Of a stretch of 64,000 nucleotides of DNA, positions 11,399 to 25,399 are shown piece by piece. The stretch's first letter is position 1. Each line of letters begins with the position of its first letter. Origin of the DNA: Bigelowiella natans CCMP2755 (Eukaryota; Protista; Cercozoa); the NCBI GenBank assembly GCA_000320545.1, contig ADNK01000255.1:1-64000 (forward strand), written 5' to 3'. The notes beneath the pieces were generated by a model that was given only the letters and a program-made list of their open reading frames with translations, did not search any database and was not told the DNA's origin. Position numbers and translations under genes: made by a program.

Positions 11399-13207
11399 AT
11401 GGGCACTTTCCATCCTTGGATCGTGCGCTTAGTCTTTTTGGCGGCAACTACAGCCTCAACTTCCGACCTTCCTGAGCGCGAGAAGGTATTTGACGCAGAT
11501 ACGAGTTACGTCCCATCGTTTATTTCGGTTGACACGACACGAAAGGGTCCTGAAGATTATCATTCGATAATTAGTCTAATATTTTTTTTACAGGATGCGT
11601 TGCGTACATTCTACACATCTTTGCAAGGGACCAACTGGACGAACAATGGCGGGTGAGTCCCGTGGCTTTGGAAGAGAGCTTTGAGTGATTCATGAGCTGG
11701 TGGTTTGTTCCTCTCTTCATTCACATATTGTTGTTGTTATAGGTGGACAGGTTTATTCAACAGCTCGGTATATTATTCTCCCTGTAGCACGAGCTGGTAT
11801 GGGCTTGCAACTCAATGTGGCGCCTCTGGCCAGGCGACAGTCACAGGTAGGCGGTGAGATTTTCATCGAGATCCTCCATCCTCATTAATGCACCTCCTTT
11901 TTGCACTTCAGGCATCTCGTTCATCTCTGAGAACCGTTTGAATGGTACTTTGGACTCGGCTCTGGTCGATGTCGGAACCACGCTGCCAAATCTGACTTCG
12001 ATCGAATTCGAAAAGCAGTTCAGTTTGTCCGGAACAATCCCAGGAAACATTCTATGCGATAGCAACCTGGTAAATAAGCTCGAGAAGCTCTCACTAGAGG
12101 AAACAGCAATTTCGGGGTACATTCCTGGCAGCTTTGATCCAGCTTCAGGATCTTCTTCCTCTTGCTTGGACAGCCGGCCGGCAACAGCGCCATTGCGCAA
12201 CTTCTTTATCAGAGATTGTAAACTCTCTGGAACGCTGCCTTCGGCCCTCATCTGTGGCAATGCAGCAGCGGACAACATGTATAGCTTTAAGATTGATGAC
12301 AACTTCATATCTGGGAGCTTGCCCTCAAGTTCATGCCTTGCCAACCGCTCGAGCAGCTCAGATCTAAGGTACTTCTACGTGCACGGAAACAATATGACCG
12401 GGTTCATCCCGTCTGGATTTATGTGCGGCAACTCAGCAGCGGCAAGGATGAGAAAGCTTCGATTCCAAGACAATCGTTTCTCTGGTTATTTACCCTCAAA
12501 TGACTGCCTCAATTCGCGCCCCTCTTCGTCAACGTACCTCGATTATTTGAATATTCACGCCAATCGATTGTCGGGAACCATACCATCGAAATTCGTCTGC
12601 GGAAGCCCTTCCGCAAGGAGAATGAAGAACTTCTATGCGAGCGCGAATAGCATTTCAGGTAGCCTACCAAACAGTACGTGTTGGCATGATCGCACGAGCA
12701 GTTTCAGCCTTAAGTATCTCTGGGCTCATGGCAACTCCAATCTGGGTGGTGAGTTTCCCGATGGTTTGATCTGCGGAACGGACGTCGCAGAGAAGCTGCA
12801 CACACTTAGGGTCGGTGATCTAATTCAAATGAACAATTAGAAAGGGTGGTGGCTTAGTCCTCGAAGTACAGGAACCGTAGTAGATATAGATAGGCTGTAT
12901 CATCATAATTACGTGAAAAGGGGAGGGAAAGGTACAGTAACGACATTACGTCTGTCCCTGATGACCCAAGCTGCGAGCTTTTGCGTCATGATTTTCATTA
13001 AGTTGTGAATTAAATTTTTGGTTTTATTTTATTTGCGGGGGGCATAACTCTACCATAGGTTTATAGTACACAGATTTCCGGAACGCTACCAAACAATGAT
13101 TGTCTCAATAGCCGTTCGAGAAGTACACAATTGAGTGTGCTCTATGCTAACTGGAACAAGATCTCAGGAACCTTGCCATCGGGGTATATAGTAGTTGTAG
13201 AAGAAGA

Positions 13208-13238
<31 letters not shown>

Positions 13239-14829
13239 ATAATATTTTAGGCTCACCTGACATACTGAGTTTGACCTAGAGGAGCTACGAAAGAAGAAGA
13301 AAAATGAAGAAACACACTCCCTTTAAGATAGAGCGGAGATCAGATGTAAATCACTTAAGTAACTGGCACATCTGCTCAGGCTACTCTGCGGATCGACGGC
13401 TGCAGAGAAGCTTTCAAGTCTAAAATTATTTGGCAACGAGTTATCAGGAACTATGCCCTCCAACGAGTGTATCAACTCGCGCTCTAAAAACACGAAGCTG
13501 GTTCTTTTTAAGATGTACGATAGCAAGGTCTCTGGGACAATCCCGCCGTCCCTTATGTGCGGCAGTCCTTCTTCTGAAAAGCTGTTCGAATTTACGATGT
13601 ACAAATCGCAACTCTCTGGTACTCTACCGTCGGAGGCGTGCTGGGCAAATCGTACTGACGAGGCTGCACTTCGTATGTGTATTCTCACATTCCCCTGCTC
13701 TTATCATCTCAGTAGTAAACCGTTACCCAATGTTGCATGAGTGTGTCAATTGCTTAGAAGACCTCCTCCTAATCTCATCACCTGTGCGCTCTCTTTTTCG
13801 TATCTACCTGCTCAACCCGTTTTAATGCTCCTTCTGCTTAAATCCAACTTATTCTTCCTCCCCTCCTCTTTCCCCTCTTCTTAGGTATGTTACGGGTACA
13901 TACTTCCGGACTCTCTGGAACGATTCCGACAAGCCTCATGTGCAAAAACTCCTCGATTGAAATTTTGCAGCTGCAGAATACAAAACTCTCTGGGGAGCTA
14001 CCCTCCTGTCCGTATGGCACTGGGAATGCAATGCTCAAACAATTTATCGCGTAATATTGATAGAAACATAGATGATGACGATGGTGAGAAGATGGGTGAG
14101 AAGGTGGAGCAAAGAAATTGTAACCTAGACTGGTATTTGTTCATATGAAAAGTAATTTATTTTTGGTTATAGCTCACTATACACATTAAACACTTCCTGT
14201 GCTCCCCTAATTCTCTCCCCCCACCCTGTTCTCATTGATTCTTCAGGTACGACTGCAAATTTAGCGGCAATCTGCCAAGTTGGCGCAACAAGCTGCGTCA
14301 GCTGTCCATAATTTCTTTATCGAATAATAAAGGGCTTGAGGGAACGATGGGGAGGATGCTTCCTGACAGCCTGGAGTATCTCATCCTTCAAGGAACTAAT
14401 GTCCATGGAACGCTCGACGACCTCGCGCGTGCTCCCAACCTCCAGAAGGTACTGGCGGCGGCAAATCAACTCTCAGGAACAATACCTCCAGCTCTCTTTG
14501 AAGGGGAAAAGCTGCGCCAAGTCGTTCTTTCTCAGAATAGAATTAGTGGCGCTATTCCTGAGACGATTGAGAAGGCAGTGAGGTTAGAGAAGCTTAGGTT
14601 GAATGAAAACCGCATCCAAGGTGGACTCCCTGTCGGCCTCTCAGCTATCCTACCAAACCTGACGGAACTGCAGCTGCACCTTAACCAGCTGTCGTGTGAT
14701 GTACCTATGGAATTACGAGGAGAATGGCTGCCTGCAAAGGATAAGACAATTAAGGTACTACAACTGGGATAATAAAAAGAAGAATCTCTTTCGCGGCAGA
14801 TCGCATAAATGACTCGACTCAACGTTAAC

Positions 14830-14872
<43 letters not shown>

Positions 14873-16463
14873 ACAAACTGACAAACCTTAATACTGCTAT
14901 TGCAACTGCCACTACCTTTGTAGGTCCTTCAAGGTAGCCTTATAGGTTGCACCGGCCTCGAAAACCTTCGCACGGCGGATAAAAACGGTGAATCGTATGT
15001 TTGTCCAGAGGATGCGTTCCTTATTCCATGGACCATTGCTGGCATCTCCGGCGTGGGAACCTTGATCGTTTTCTACGCAATTTGGCATTGGCATAAGTAC
15101 CGCGTCAAGGCGGAAAATATTGAGTTTGATGGCGAGGTCGCCGAAGTGCACGATGATCGTCAGGATAAGTTAGAGTCGAAGAAGACCCGCAACAACCTTG
15201 AGATTATTGCGGACAACAATATGAAGCTCGCACTCATAGCTCTTTTCAGTGCTGTCCTGCTCGTTGTGATCGGCCTACCTTCCTTCATGCACGCTCCCTC
15301 CACCGTGAAATGTCGCTACTATGACAGATACTCCATGGCGTTAATTCGAGGATTTGAAACACAGGCTAGTGCGGCTACAAGTTCGGTTGGATGGGTGATC
15401 GTTATTCTGATGGTCATCACCTTATCGCTCATTGCTGGAGCTCAGAAGCTAATGAATACAGAGGTTGAAATTCGGAGTAAGAAGACAAAGAAAAATAGGA
15501 ATCGGAAGGGTTCCGATCAAATCAGGAGGCGGAGCACCGCTATGAAAGAGACCTTTAGCCTCGCAAATTTGGGCTCCGAATCAAAGAATGGTATTGCTTT
15601 ATCTTCGATGAGAAGAGTAGAGAGTGATGATGTAAGGGAAGAGAGGAAAGTCGATCCACTTCAGGAGGAAGAGGAGGAGGAGGAGGAGGAGGAGGACAAA
15701 GTGAGCACTATCTGGAAACAAGGCATCCCAATGAAGCTCATGCGATGGTTAGCCGCGTTTTGCGCTATGATCGCTTGCACAGTGATATACTTTGTGATCG
15801 TGGCGATCTTATTCTTTCCAAGGTCTGCTTAACCAAACTGACTCCTCTAACCCACTGCTTTTTGATATCAATACTGTGATACTCGATCACAATTCCCTTC
15901 CTTAATCATTCGTCAAGTTCTGTCTTCGCAATTACTATCATCGTCACTACCATAATTACACAACTTTTAGTCTTGGGAATGTGATGGTGGAGACGAGCAA
16001 CGAAATCTCGAAGATATGGAAGTTATTCATTGTTTTCAGCCTTGCAGTCATGCAGTTGGCTGTCCCCGGCACCATTGTAACGAACAATTAGCTCTAGAGA
16101 TTATGAGCGTGTGTGTTTAGTACAAAGGACATATACGTGAATTTTTGACATGTTTTTCGGTGCATCTACAGGTGATTGATGATAATAGTATATATCTCCG
16201 ATCATTCATTAGGTTCCGATGGGTGCTGAAGTTATTTCTAAGCTGGCGGCATGTTTCTATTTCGAGCGCGGAATGGAGAACTTATCGAGAGAAGGAAGAA
16301 AGAATCGTGCGCTTTGGAAGTCTGAATTTGTTGAAGTTTTAATCACTTCCTTAGATTCGTTGGGGAATATCGTCGCCCCTCTAGCTTCCCAGCTGTTACT
16401 TGATCCTTCATGCCTTCGAGCAGTGTTCTCTGCAGCTGAGGTCCGGAAAATGACAGATATACG

Positions 16464-16529
<66 letters not shown>

Positions 16530-17441
16530 TGTGTGTGTGTGTGTCTCTGTGTCTGTGTGTCTGTGTGTCTGTGGCTTTGTGTGCTGCGGTGCTCTTTCAT
16601 GATAATAATAATAACAATAATAATGCATGGGGAATTCAATCGTATCATCTATACAGGTCCATCCAAGTGAGACGATAGCCACAAACGATTGTCAGTTTGG
16701 AACATATGTATACTTCGCCGACGGGAGCTTCTCCCACTTTGAATGCAAGCAGTACTTCACGCTCGAATCTGGAGAATACAGCTCCTCGTTTCGTTTCCGT
16801 CCTGATTACTGTGCAGGCCGCGTCATGCATACATTCACACCGTTTTTTATTACGGTGGCAATGTCCTCGCTCATATTTCCATTGGTGCGTGTGTGAGATT
16901 GGAAGAGAGTGAGGAGTCAAAAAGACCACAAATGATGGGGCTTGGTGGAAGGGGCGCGCGCACAATGAAAAATAATAGCACATTTTTCCTGCATCATTTT
17001 CTGTATGTGCTTGTGTTTGTGTGTGTGTATGTGTGTGTATGTTTATTTTTTGCACAATACTATCTCGATATAAGTCCGATTTGCACTGTGGAGAGTAAAG
17101 TTACCCTCAAATTGCGTCTGTTGCTTTGCACGTCTTCCTTCCTCAGAAGATTTTTTAGTTAAGTTTCTATTGTGCCTACGATCATTTTCAGATTCAGGCC
17201 TTGATTCCGCTGTGCTTTCCAAAAGTCCCGTCACTACTAGGGTGTGTCAACTGATAGAGAAGTTAAAAGTTGTTCGCGACTTCAGTAATAATGTTTTTCC
17301 TTCTTATTATTCTGCATTCTGCTTCTCTGCCAATCTATTTCCTGTATTCACACAGAATATTAAGTGAGATTACACTCTGCGCAATGTGGCCAGAGCAGCT
17401 GCTCAAACAATCAACAGAGAAGGTCTTGTTATTTTCCCTGA

Positions 17442-17484
<43 letters not shown>

Positions 17485-17580
17485 ATTTGAGAGCATCATT
17501 GTGAGAGGTCTGGAGGAAAAAAAACGGATTCAGAGCTTGTGTGTGAAGAATCTTTTTGATAAGATATACTGTTTTTCCAT

Positions 17581-17637
<57 letters not shown>

Positions 17638-18086
17638 TTATATCATAAGCGTCTGCACTTTGTTGTGTTGCAGCTGGCTAAAACTATCGAAGCGATTCTT
17701 CGTCATGAGCGCAGGGGAATTCTAAGCTTCATCGGGGGTGATTATTTGCCGCGCCATATAGAATAGAACATCTTGCAGGCTCCGTTCCCCATCTCCCCCC
17801 CCCCCCCCCTCGTCCTTTTCTATGTCGGTATGCAGGCATGAATGTGTCCTTTATCACAAGCTTTTCACACAAACTGTGTATCATCTCTATAGATCTTGGT
17901 GACAATGGGAATCGCAGCCCCAATTGTTGGCGCGTTTACTGGTTTTGCCGTTATCGTGCTGGGCTGCTTACACGTGTACGATATGTACCGACTTAACAAA
18001 GTGCTGTTGCGTGCTCGGCCAGAAGGTATGATTATATTGTATTTGTTCAATTCAACTTTGGCATTTGTGTCTAAAATATAAATAAT

Positions 18087-18127
<41 letters not shown>

Positions 18128-19677
18128 TAATGTGTGTGTGTGTGTGTGTGTGTATACATTTATGTGCATGTGTGAGAAATAGAGAGAGAGAGATAGGGGG
18201 GAGGGGGGTATGTCTCGTTTCTCTCATCTCTTCACTCTCCTTTGCCTTAGTATACCACACGCTCGGCGCTCAGGGGTCAATTCCGTTTACCGCGATGTGT
18301 ATTTGGTTTGCAAGCTCTTTCCTCTTCTGGCTTGTTCTCGGGTAAGTAGTAGATGCAGTCTATGCAACGAGAAGCATCAGCCTGAGCTGTTCGTCACCGA
18401 TTTTTGTGCAATTCTCTCCTCACCTTCCTTCTTGTTTCTTGTATCTCCCTTGCAGCCTCGCGTACAACTTTGGGTGGATGCTGGGACTGTACCTCATTAT
18501 GGGCCTATGTAGCGCCATTCCCTTCGCGGTGCGCCTTGGCTATAAACAAGCCCTAAAAAACCATCAGCTGGATGAAAAAGTGATATATAACCAAATCAAC
18601 GACGACGACAATGACGAGAAACCCTTTGATGACGATCCTGTGAAGGGCTCTACTACTTTAGGGTTGAGTACGGTGCTCACAACGGAGCAGAAACAAAAGG
18701 AGGCTGGCGTGGTCTTGGGCCTGCCAGTGACTGAAAAAGAGGCAGCGATGATGGTTGATGGAACGATATGCGTTGCCTCACACAGCAACAGACAGGACCC
18801 CACGGGCGGGTTGATGAGTGTAAGCGAGGAGGAGGATGGCCGAGCCAGAGCGCGACACTGGAACGAGGCATTAGATGAGAAAGTGGAAGAGGCCGTATAC
18901 ATTGGGTACACCGTTAAGCCAGAAAGCAATCAAGGCTCTAGAAACGTAGACTCTGCCAAGAAAAACAGTACCGATCACAGCAAACATCGACCAACTCGTG
19001 TGCGACAGCAAGACAAGGCAAAAGAGGCAGAGGTTATAGATAGCTTGTTCAATATTGAGCCGCTAGCCCTTGAAAGTTACGAGCTAGAGGGCACTGCTTC
19101 AATTTTCAATCGAAATTATGATGATAGTGGAAATTTTAATGGCTCGAGGGAATCTACGGCAAAACTGACTCCTGTAATCGCGGGCAGAGGACGTCCTCTG
19201 ATCAAGACAGCAGAAAAGAAGAAAGAGCACATCAATAACTCAAAGAGCACATCAATAACTCGTTTACACATCAATAACTCGTTTACCGCTGTGCCATCAA
19301 AAGTGATTTCAGGAGGCATATCTGTCGACTCTACAATGGAAAGAGTTCCCAATAGTCTTGGTAAGAATGATCAAACCTCATCCCGCGTTTCAGCCGTCGC
19401 AAAAAATGCAAATACTCTTAAAATGAGAGTATTTAATGTCAATAATTCAAATCCTTTTTCACTCTTCATGACAAACTGAAGGTCAGCCTCCTGCCTTTTA
19501 TATTTTTTATTATTAGAAATGAAGGCTAATCCAGATGGCCATGCTGGTTCTCAGTACCCGCTTAACGGCAGTTTCGTCAATTCGCCCAGAAGTATAGGAA
19601 GTGTAGCTTCGCCACGTAGTCGTCGCACCCCGACTCGGGAAACAAGCCAAATTTCTTCTTTCAGCATCACCCTATAA
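11399..19677 (+). CDS. Signal peptide + LRR ectodomain + ~11-TM membrane domain + disordered cytoplasmic tail (receptor-like, no kinase)
   Basis: Signal-like MGTFHPWIVRLVFLAATTAS; N-cap DALRTFYTSLQGTNWTNNGG|W...PCSTSWYGL; more than 20 LRRs with an LSGTIP core (11.9-14.75 kb); hydrophobic segments across 15.0-18.55 kb. Donor G|gtaaga at 19361 splices in frame to a last exon ending TAA at 19677. Confidence 0.85.
19222..19286 (+). repeat. Three copies of cacatcaataactc in a coding exon
   Basis: Cores start at 19228, 19248 and 19267. Confidence 0.8.
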
Positions 19678-20859
19678 CATTTCTATTCCGCACATACGCT
19701 CAACTGGGGGAATAAGGAATGTATAACTCACCAGCAGCAGGAAGTACTGTAGAAAGCTGCAAGCCCATATTTCCCAGTACGGACTCAAACGTTAGAAGTG
19801 GATATGTAGGTCTTTAGAACAATTTGTCGAACAATGTTATATGAAGGTCAGCGCCACAAGCTACTTGAACAATGGCATAGGCTTTCGTCATCATATTGAT
19901 TCCGCCAACTGCTTTAACAATAGCCTAGTTTCTGAGCGCAGAAGCCACAAGCCACATCAATGTGAGACGCATGTAAATGAAACGAATAAATTAAATTTGT
20001 TTAATTGTCCCCCTGATGTAGCTAGCTAGCTGTGCAAAATGATGTGAATGCATAATATCGCTGATTTTGTGTTTTTGTATCAAACATGCTAGCATGCCGC
20101 GTTGCTTGTTCCACGTACATTGTGCCACTCTAGCACTTGTCATGGGCGCAATGAGCACAAAAGCACACGTCTGTTAACAGCTAGACAGCCTTTTCGCTAC
20201 ACATGCAGCTACTGTGTATGCGGGAACGGGTGCACGTAGCGCACAAAGGCTAATTAATTACAAGTAACTTCGCGAATGCGGACGTATACGCGTGAATATA
20301 AAACACATTATTGCATGATGTAGCTTTGTGATCTTCTGTAGTAGCAGCGGCTACAGCGCGATGCAATGCTGATCGCCATGCAAAATCTAATGAACGTGTG
20401 ACGCGACAACATGATCCAACAGCTTGTGATCATTAAGTGTGCACACGACGAGTTCATAGCACATCAAAAGCAAAATTGAGTTACATGCCTATGACTTTGC
20501 GTTGTTACAATTATTTTTGTGCCTTCGCATTATTGTTCCCATTATTTTTGGATGCAACTACAATTTTAGCTAGCTAAAGGGACAAATATATGCTAGATAT
20601 GCTCCATGAATGCTACGATGATATATGTGATGAACATGATGATGACGATAAATTTACCCGATTTCATCATCGCACTCTCTAGCCATGGCTATGATAATTT
20701 CGTCATTATGTTGATTTCTCAACGTACACGTCAAACTCTTGTGCCGTGTACTGTCCACCCTGATTAGTAGATATCATCAATATTTTAGTAATAACAACAC
20801 CGCCTTGTACTGTGAAACTATCAATATTGTTTAGAATATCATGACAAAAACACCAGCAT

Positions 20860-23800
20860 CTACAGCACCTTACGGTTGTCCCGGGGGCCGGCCTTGAGCC
20901 TAAGGTTAAGGGTTCTTTCATCGTAGCCAGCTTTGATTGCCAGTTGATCTGCTTCCTTCGGCCCTCTCCCTCCATACTCGTATGGCACTGGTTTCACCTA
21001 CAGCGAAGGAATTATTGCTTTGTTTATTAACATGAATGACTGATTCTGGAAAAGCTGATGTGCATTCATACGTTCATGTTTCTTTGCTCTCCTGCAGTTC
21101 GTGAGTGCATGTGTGTGTTCTAGAGACACTGTTACTACAACGGAAAACATCGGTGTGTGCACACAGTTGTGCTGCATCACGATTTGCAATCAATCAGGTT
21201 TGGTTTGCACGAAAAATGTCAATTTTTTGCTGCTAAATTCGGGAGATAATTGCGATATATTTCGATACATCTCCTGCTGCAACTACCTTCTATTTCTACT
21301 ACCACTACTACTACCACTACTACTACTATTACTGTCACCTTCTTCTCTTCTAACTCCTTGAGGAGGGGGGTGAAAATCTCCCACGCTCTCCGCAGCTCAT
21401 CCTTTCGCACGAACGGTCCCTGATAAGAAGTAGCACGTGTCATCAACACCAACCAGCTCGAGGGGGGGGGAGGGAGGAGAAGAGTCATTGTTTGTACGCG
21501 TATCCTTCGTTAAGAAGAAAGAAAACATAGACGCCTATCCGCTTGTAATTTTCAGTCACTCTTTGCTGGCCACAATGCCAACACACAACGCACCTGATTC
21601 CCTCGCATGACTTCTAGGAGAAGCCGGCTATATGCCCCGGGGTTATCAACGTTACCATATCGATTCTTGTAGGTCAGATCTAGCCTGGTGATATTGATAT
21701 TGATGATGATGATGATAATGATGATGATGATTAGAGAGGGGGCATAAGCACTGCGATATTGGGTGTGCTTCTTACACAACTACGAGTGAATGATGGTAGG
21801 TTTTGGCGACCCCTCTTTTCACGACTACTACGCACTTCTTTCTACCACAATTTATGCCCTAATTCTACGGTAGATAGTACTCGTTTTGCGTCGGGTGCGT
21901 CATCAGGCCCGGTGCCTTCACGTTGGTCCTCATGAACACAGACTCGTTTGGCTGAAGCCGTATCACGAGCTCGTTGCGGGGTATGTACTGATGAGTAGCA
22001 GATGATCGATCATAATCATGATGACGACGGCGAATTCATAAAAAATAGAAGCAGATCCGAATTTGCAAGGGTGTTGGTTCTCTCCTCCTCCTCCCTTGCT
22101 GCTATGCCACTTTCTCATTATCACTTTCTCTTTGGACTTACACTGTTGAACATGGCCGTAGCTCCAGGGACTTTGCGAAACTGTACACGAATTTCGGCCT
22201 GATAATGATGATGATGATGATGATGATGAGGATGAGGATGAGGATGATGGGAGTTAGACAGGAGACAGGTGGAAAAAGAAAAAGAGAGAGGGGGCTGAAT
22301 TGGTCAATCACATTAGGTTTCAGTGGTACCCCCCATCATCATCATCATTATCATCATCATCATGATAATTATCGTGTAAGTTGATTCTCTACCTTGCGTT
22401 GGTTCAATGCCTTTCCGGCTCTCATAATGAAGGGAACCCCGTCCCATCTTCACAACACGTATTCGCGAATAAGTGATCATCACTATTTTCACCCGCTCGT
22501 CACCAACCATCCAAGTACAATTATCACCTTCCATTGCATATCCTCAGAATCATGGAGCAGAAGGTCGGAGTGATGGAGTCTTTGTTCTTAAGTGTCTCAT
22601 CGTCCTTGTATCTATAAAAATATGATGATCATGATGATGATTATGATGATTATTATTATTATTACCCCTCCCCCCCCTTCTCCCTCACACACACACACAC
22701 ACACACACGCAAAACTTGTGACACACCCTGGTTTCTTGCCGTCTTTGGAACCCACGTACTGGCCAACAACCACATCTTGGAGCTTTATGGGCTGAATGCT
22801 GTTCAGTAACTTAACCTACGGAGAGGAGGAGGAGGAGGAGGAGGAGGAGGAGGAGGAGGCAGCAGCAGGTCCCGAAAGTAGATAAATAAATGAATTTACG
22901 ATGGTCGTTTCTAGTGGGAAAATATCACAGGGACAGTCCTTTCGAAAGCCTCTATTCTGCAGACAATGGTACTAATCGCATTGCCGCCAGCCACATCCAA
23001 CGTCATCCCACTACCCCACTACGCTTGTCCCCTCCCCTTCTCCTGGCTTGCCTTTTCATTGCGCACAGAGGCCCCGTCTTCGATAGACGTAGAGGCTCCA
23101 TGGCGAAGAGGGACAACGCCTGAAACGGTTCGTGACACGAGCTTTTAGTACAATGGACAGGTGTGCGCACAGACACATACGATCCCACACACATAATACG
23201 CACATTCATGCCCAACCACAGCCCTGTTAAAGTTAAACTGTGTATTTGCCGTCGTCATCGACGCGAGGGGGGACCTGCAAGAGATGGTTTTGCATGACAT
23301 CACGAATGATGCCGGATGAGTCAAAGTATCCGCCCCTCCCCTCCGTGCCGAACGGTTCCTTGAAGCTATGGTGTGAGGTGAGGGGGGATGAGAAGATATT
23401 GTTGACGACGCATACTATATAGACGAGGTCGTAGTGTGTGAAATGAAGGAGAGGGCTCAAAACGCAATCATCCTCTCTCCGTTTCGCCACTCCACCAACT
23501 CATACGTTTTTGGTCCGCGAAGAAAACTGACCTTATATAGACGCAATCTATGTACTTATTGTTCCAAAGCGGCTCGAAGAACACGTTTCCGAACCGAAGG
23601 ACAAGCATATTCTGATGATAACACCACCGACCGAGAGAAAGTTAGACAAACAAGCAAACCTTATGTCTTGAAGCGGTCATTGTCTTCCTTGCAACCCACG
23701 GTACTAAGAACGAAAGAAAGAATAGAACCTGCACCATCTCCTTGCCTAGGTAATGATCGATTCGAAAGATGTAGTCCTGAGAGAAGAAGAAGAGACAGGA

Positions 23801-24243
23801 GAATTAGAAGATGACGATGATGACAATGATGGTGGTTATGAGCAGCTCAAAGAGGTGCAAAAGGTGGTAGATGCTGTGGATTGAAAATAGGCTGCTATTG
23901 CTATTGTTAAAATAATTAGTATAGTATGAAAAAGAAGATCCCGAGGCTCTCCCCAACTCAGTCTGTCGAGCAGAGCAATCTTACTGATTTCAAATGTGTC
24001 CTCGGCCATTCTCATTATTTTGCTTGTTTTGTTAGAGCATCGATGAAAAAGAAGCTTCCACTACATTTCTTTTCCCATCCCTCACCTCGGTAAATAGCGA
24101 TGCCAGCCTCTTCGACAGAACCTCCGCAGATTCAAGATCATGACCGAAGGGTTTCTCGATAATCATCCGCGTCCATCCGTCTGTATTTGCAGGGGGTGGG
24201 GATATGATTGCACGGGTCTCTCCAATGCTGTGCGCGCGCGCGT

Positions 24244-24278
<35 letters not shown>

Positions 24279-25399
24279 CGTGTGAGTTCAACAATCGTGC
24301 AACACGGAGAATTCGTTGGGAGTCATGGGGGAAGCACATGCGCACGTAGATTCTATACCTGTTGCTACTCCTGCTTTGCGGATCGCCCCTGCGACGTCGG
24401 CGTAGACGGAGGGAGGGATAGCGAAGTAGAAGAGTCGATTGGCTATAAATACACAAACAGGGCGAGAAGGAGTAGTATACGGGAGGGGGGGTTTGGAAAA
24501 GGAGAGCCCATCAGATGTGACTGCTTCATGTGAAACACAGGTAGACCGTAGACCTTTAGCACATTTGATTGAAGACATCATTTCCTTTTCAAATTTCGAA
24601 CACTCTTCCGTCAGCTTCCCCATGGTTTCAGTGCTGCCGTACTGCCCTCTGAGGATGGATTGATGATCAACTACATGGTGACAGCTAAAGGGAGCGGGGC
24701 ACCAACCTCCGATACACGCAGAGCTTCAAGAATTCCTCCAATTCTTCCCCTGAACCTGGCTCATCTTTCTGAATTAGTTTCGAAAATTCAGAATAGGGAA
24801 CGGAGGGGAATGGTGAAGTTAGCTGAATCATTGGATTTTTTTGTCAGAGTTACTGCCGTTCGGATATTGGAAGAAATTTTTTAACTTGTGTATATCTCTA
24901 AAGGCGCATGTTTGGTGCGAACGACCTCCAGGTACGGTTTGATGCGCTCACGAAGCCATTCGTCCGTTCTGTCAGAACGAGCATAACCGAAGATCTTGAT
25001 GCCTTTTGGGAGGAAACCCTTTAAATACAGCGTGAAAAGCGCAGGATACCTGTACCAACGAACATTTTATCGGTTCTAGGATTGCACTCATCGCGCTTTG
25101 CGCCAAGAATACTGCTATGCCATATCAGAATAGGGTGTGGAGGTGAAAGAAGTACGTTTTTTTCTTGGCCAAATCTCCAGAAGCACCGATGACGATCACA
25201 GTCATAGCCTGTTCACATAAAATACCACTACGAGTAAATGTATACCTGCTGCTGTTCAAGCTCTCTGCTCTGCGAATAATAAATGGAACACACATAACAC
25301 ACACACATGCTTGGACATTGTACGCACATCGTGGATATATCCTTCGCATCCGTGTGCAAGCTCGCCCTCGCTCGTTCCTCGTTTTGAATCGCCGTTCAT
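20860..25399 (-). CDS. G6PD: Glucose-6-phosphate 1-dehydrogenase
   Basis: Motifs [13 protein letters not shown]|[40 protein letters not shown] (about 23729-23776), [77 protein letters not shown]. The stop is at 20860, or near 20706 if one more exon is used. Confidence 0.97.

Noticed and set aside
11841-12344. 167-aa minus-strand ORF, and similar ORFs antisense to the phosphatase and coiled-coil exons
   Set aside because: Antisense shadows of well-supported coding exons.
19361-19479. ORF-track stop at 19479 as the LRR gene end
   Set aside because: A strong donor at 19361 splices in frame to a coding-like exon ending at 19677; needs RNA-seq confirmation.
11399-19677. LRR receptor-like kinase
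   Set aside because: No kinase motifs (GxGxxG, HRD, DFG) in the tail; the protein is multi-pass instead.
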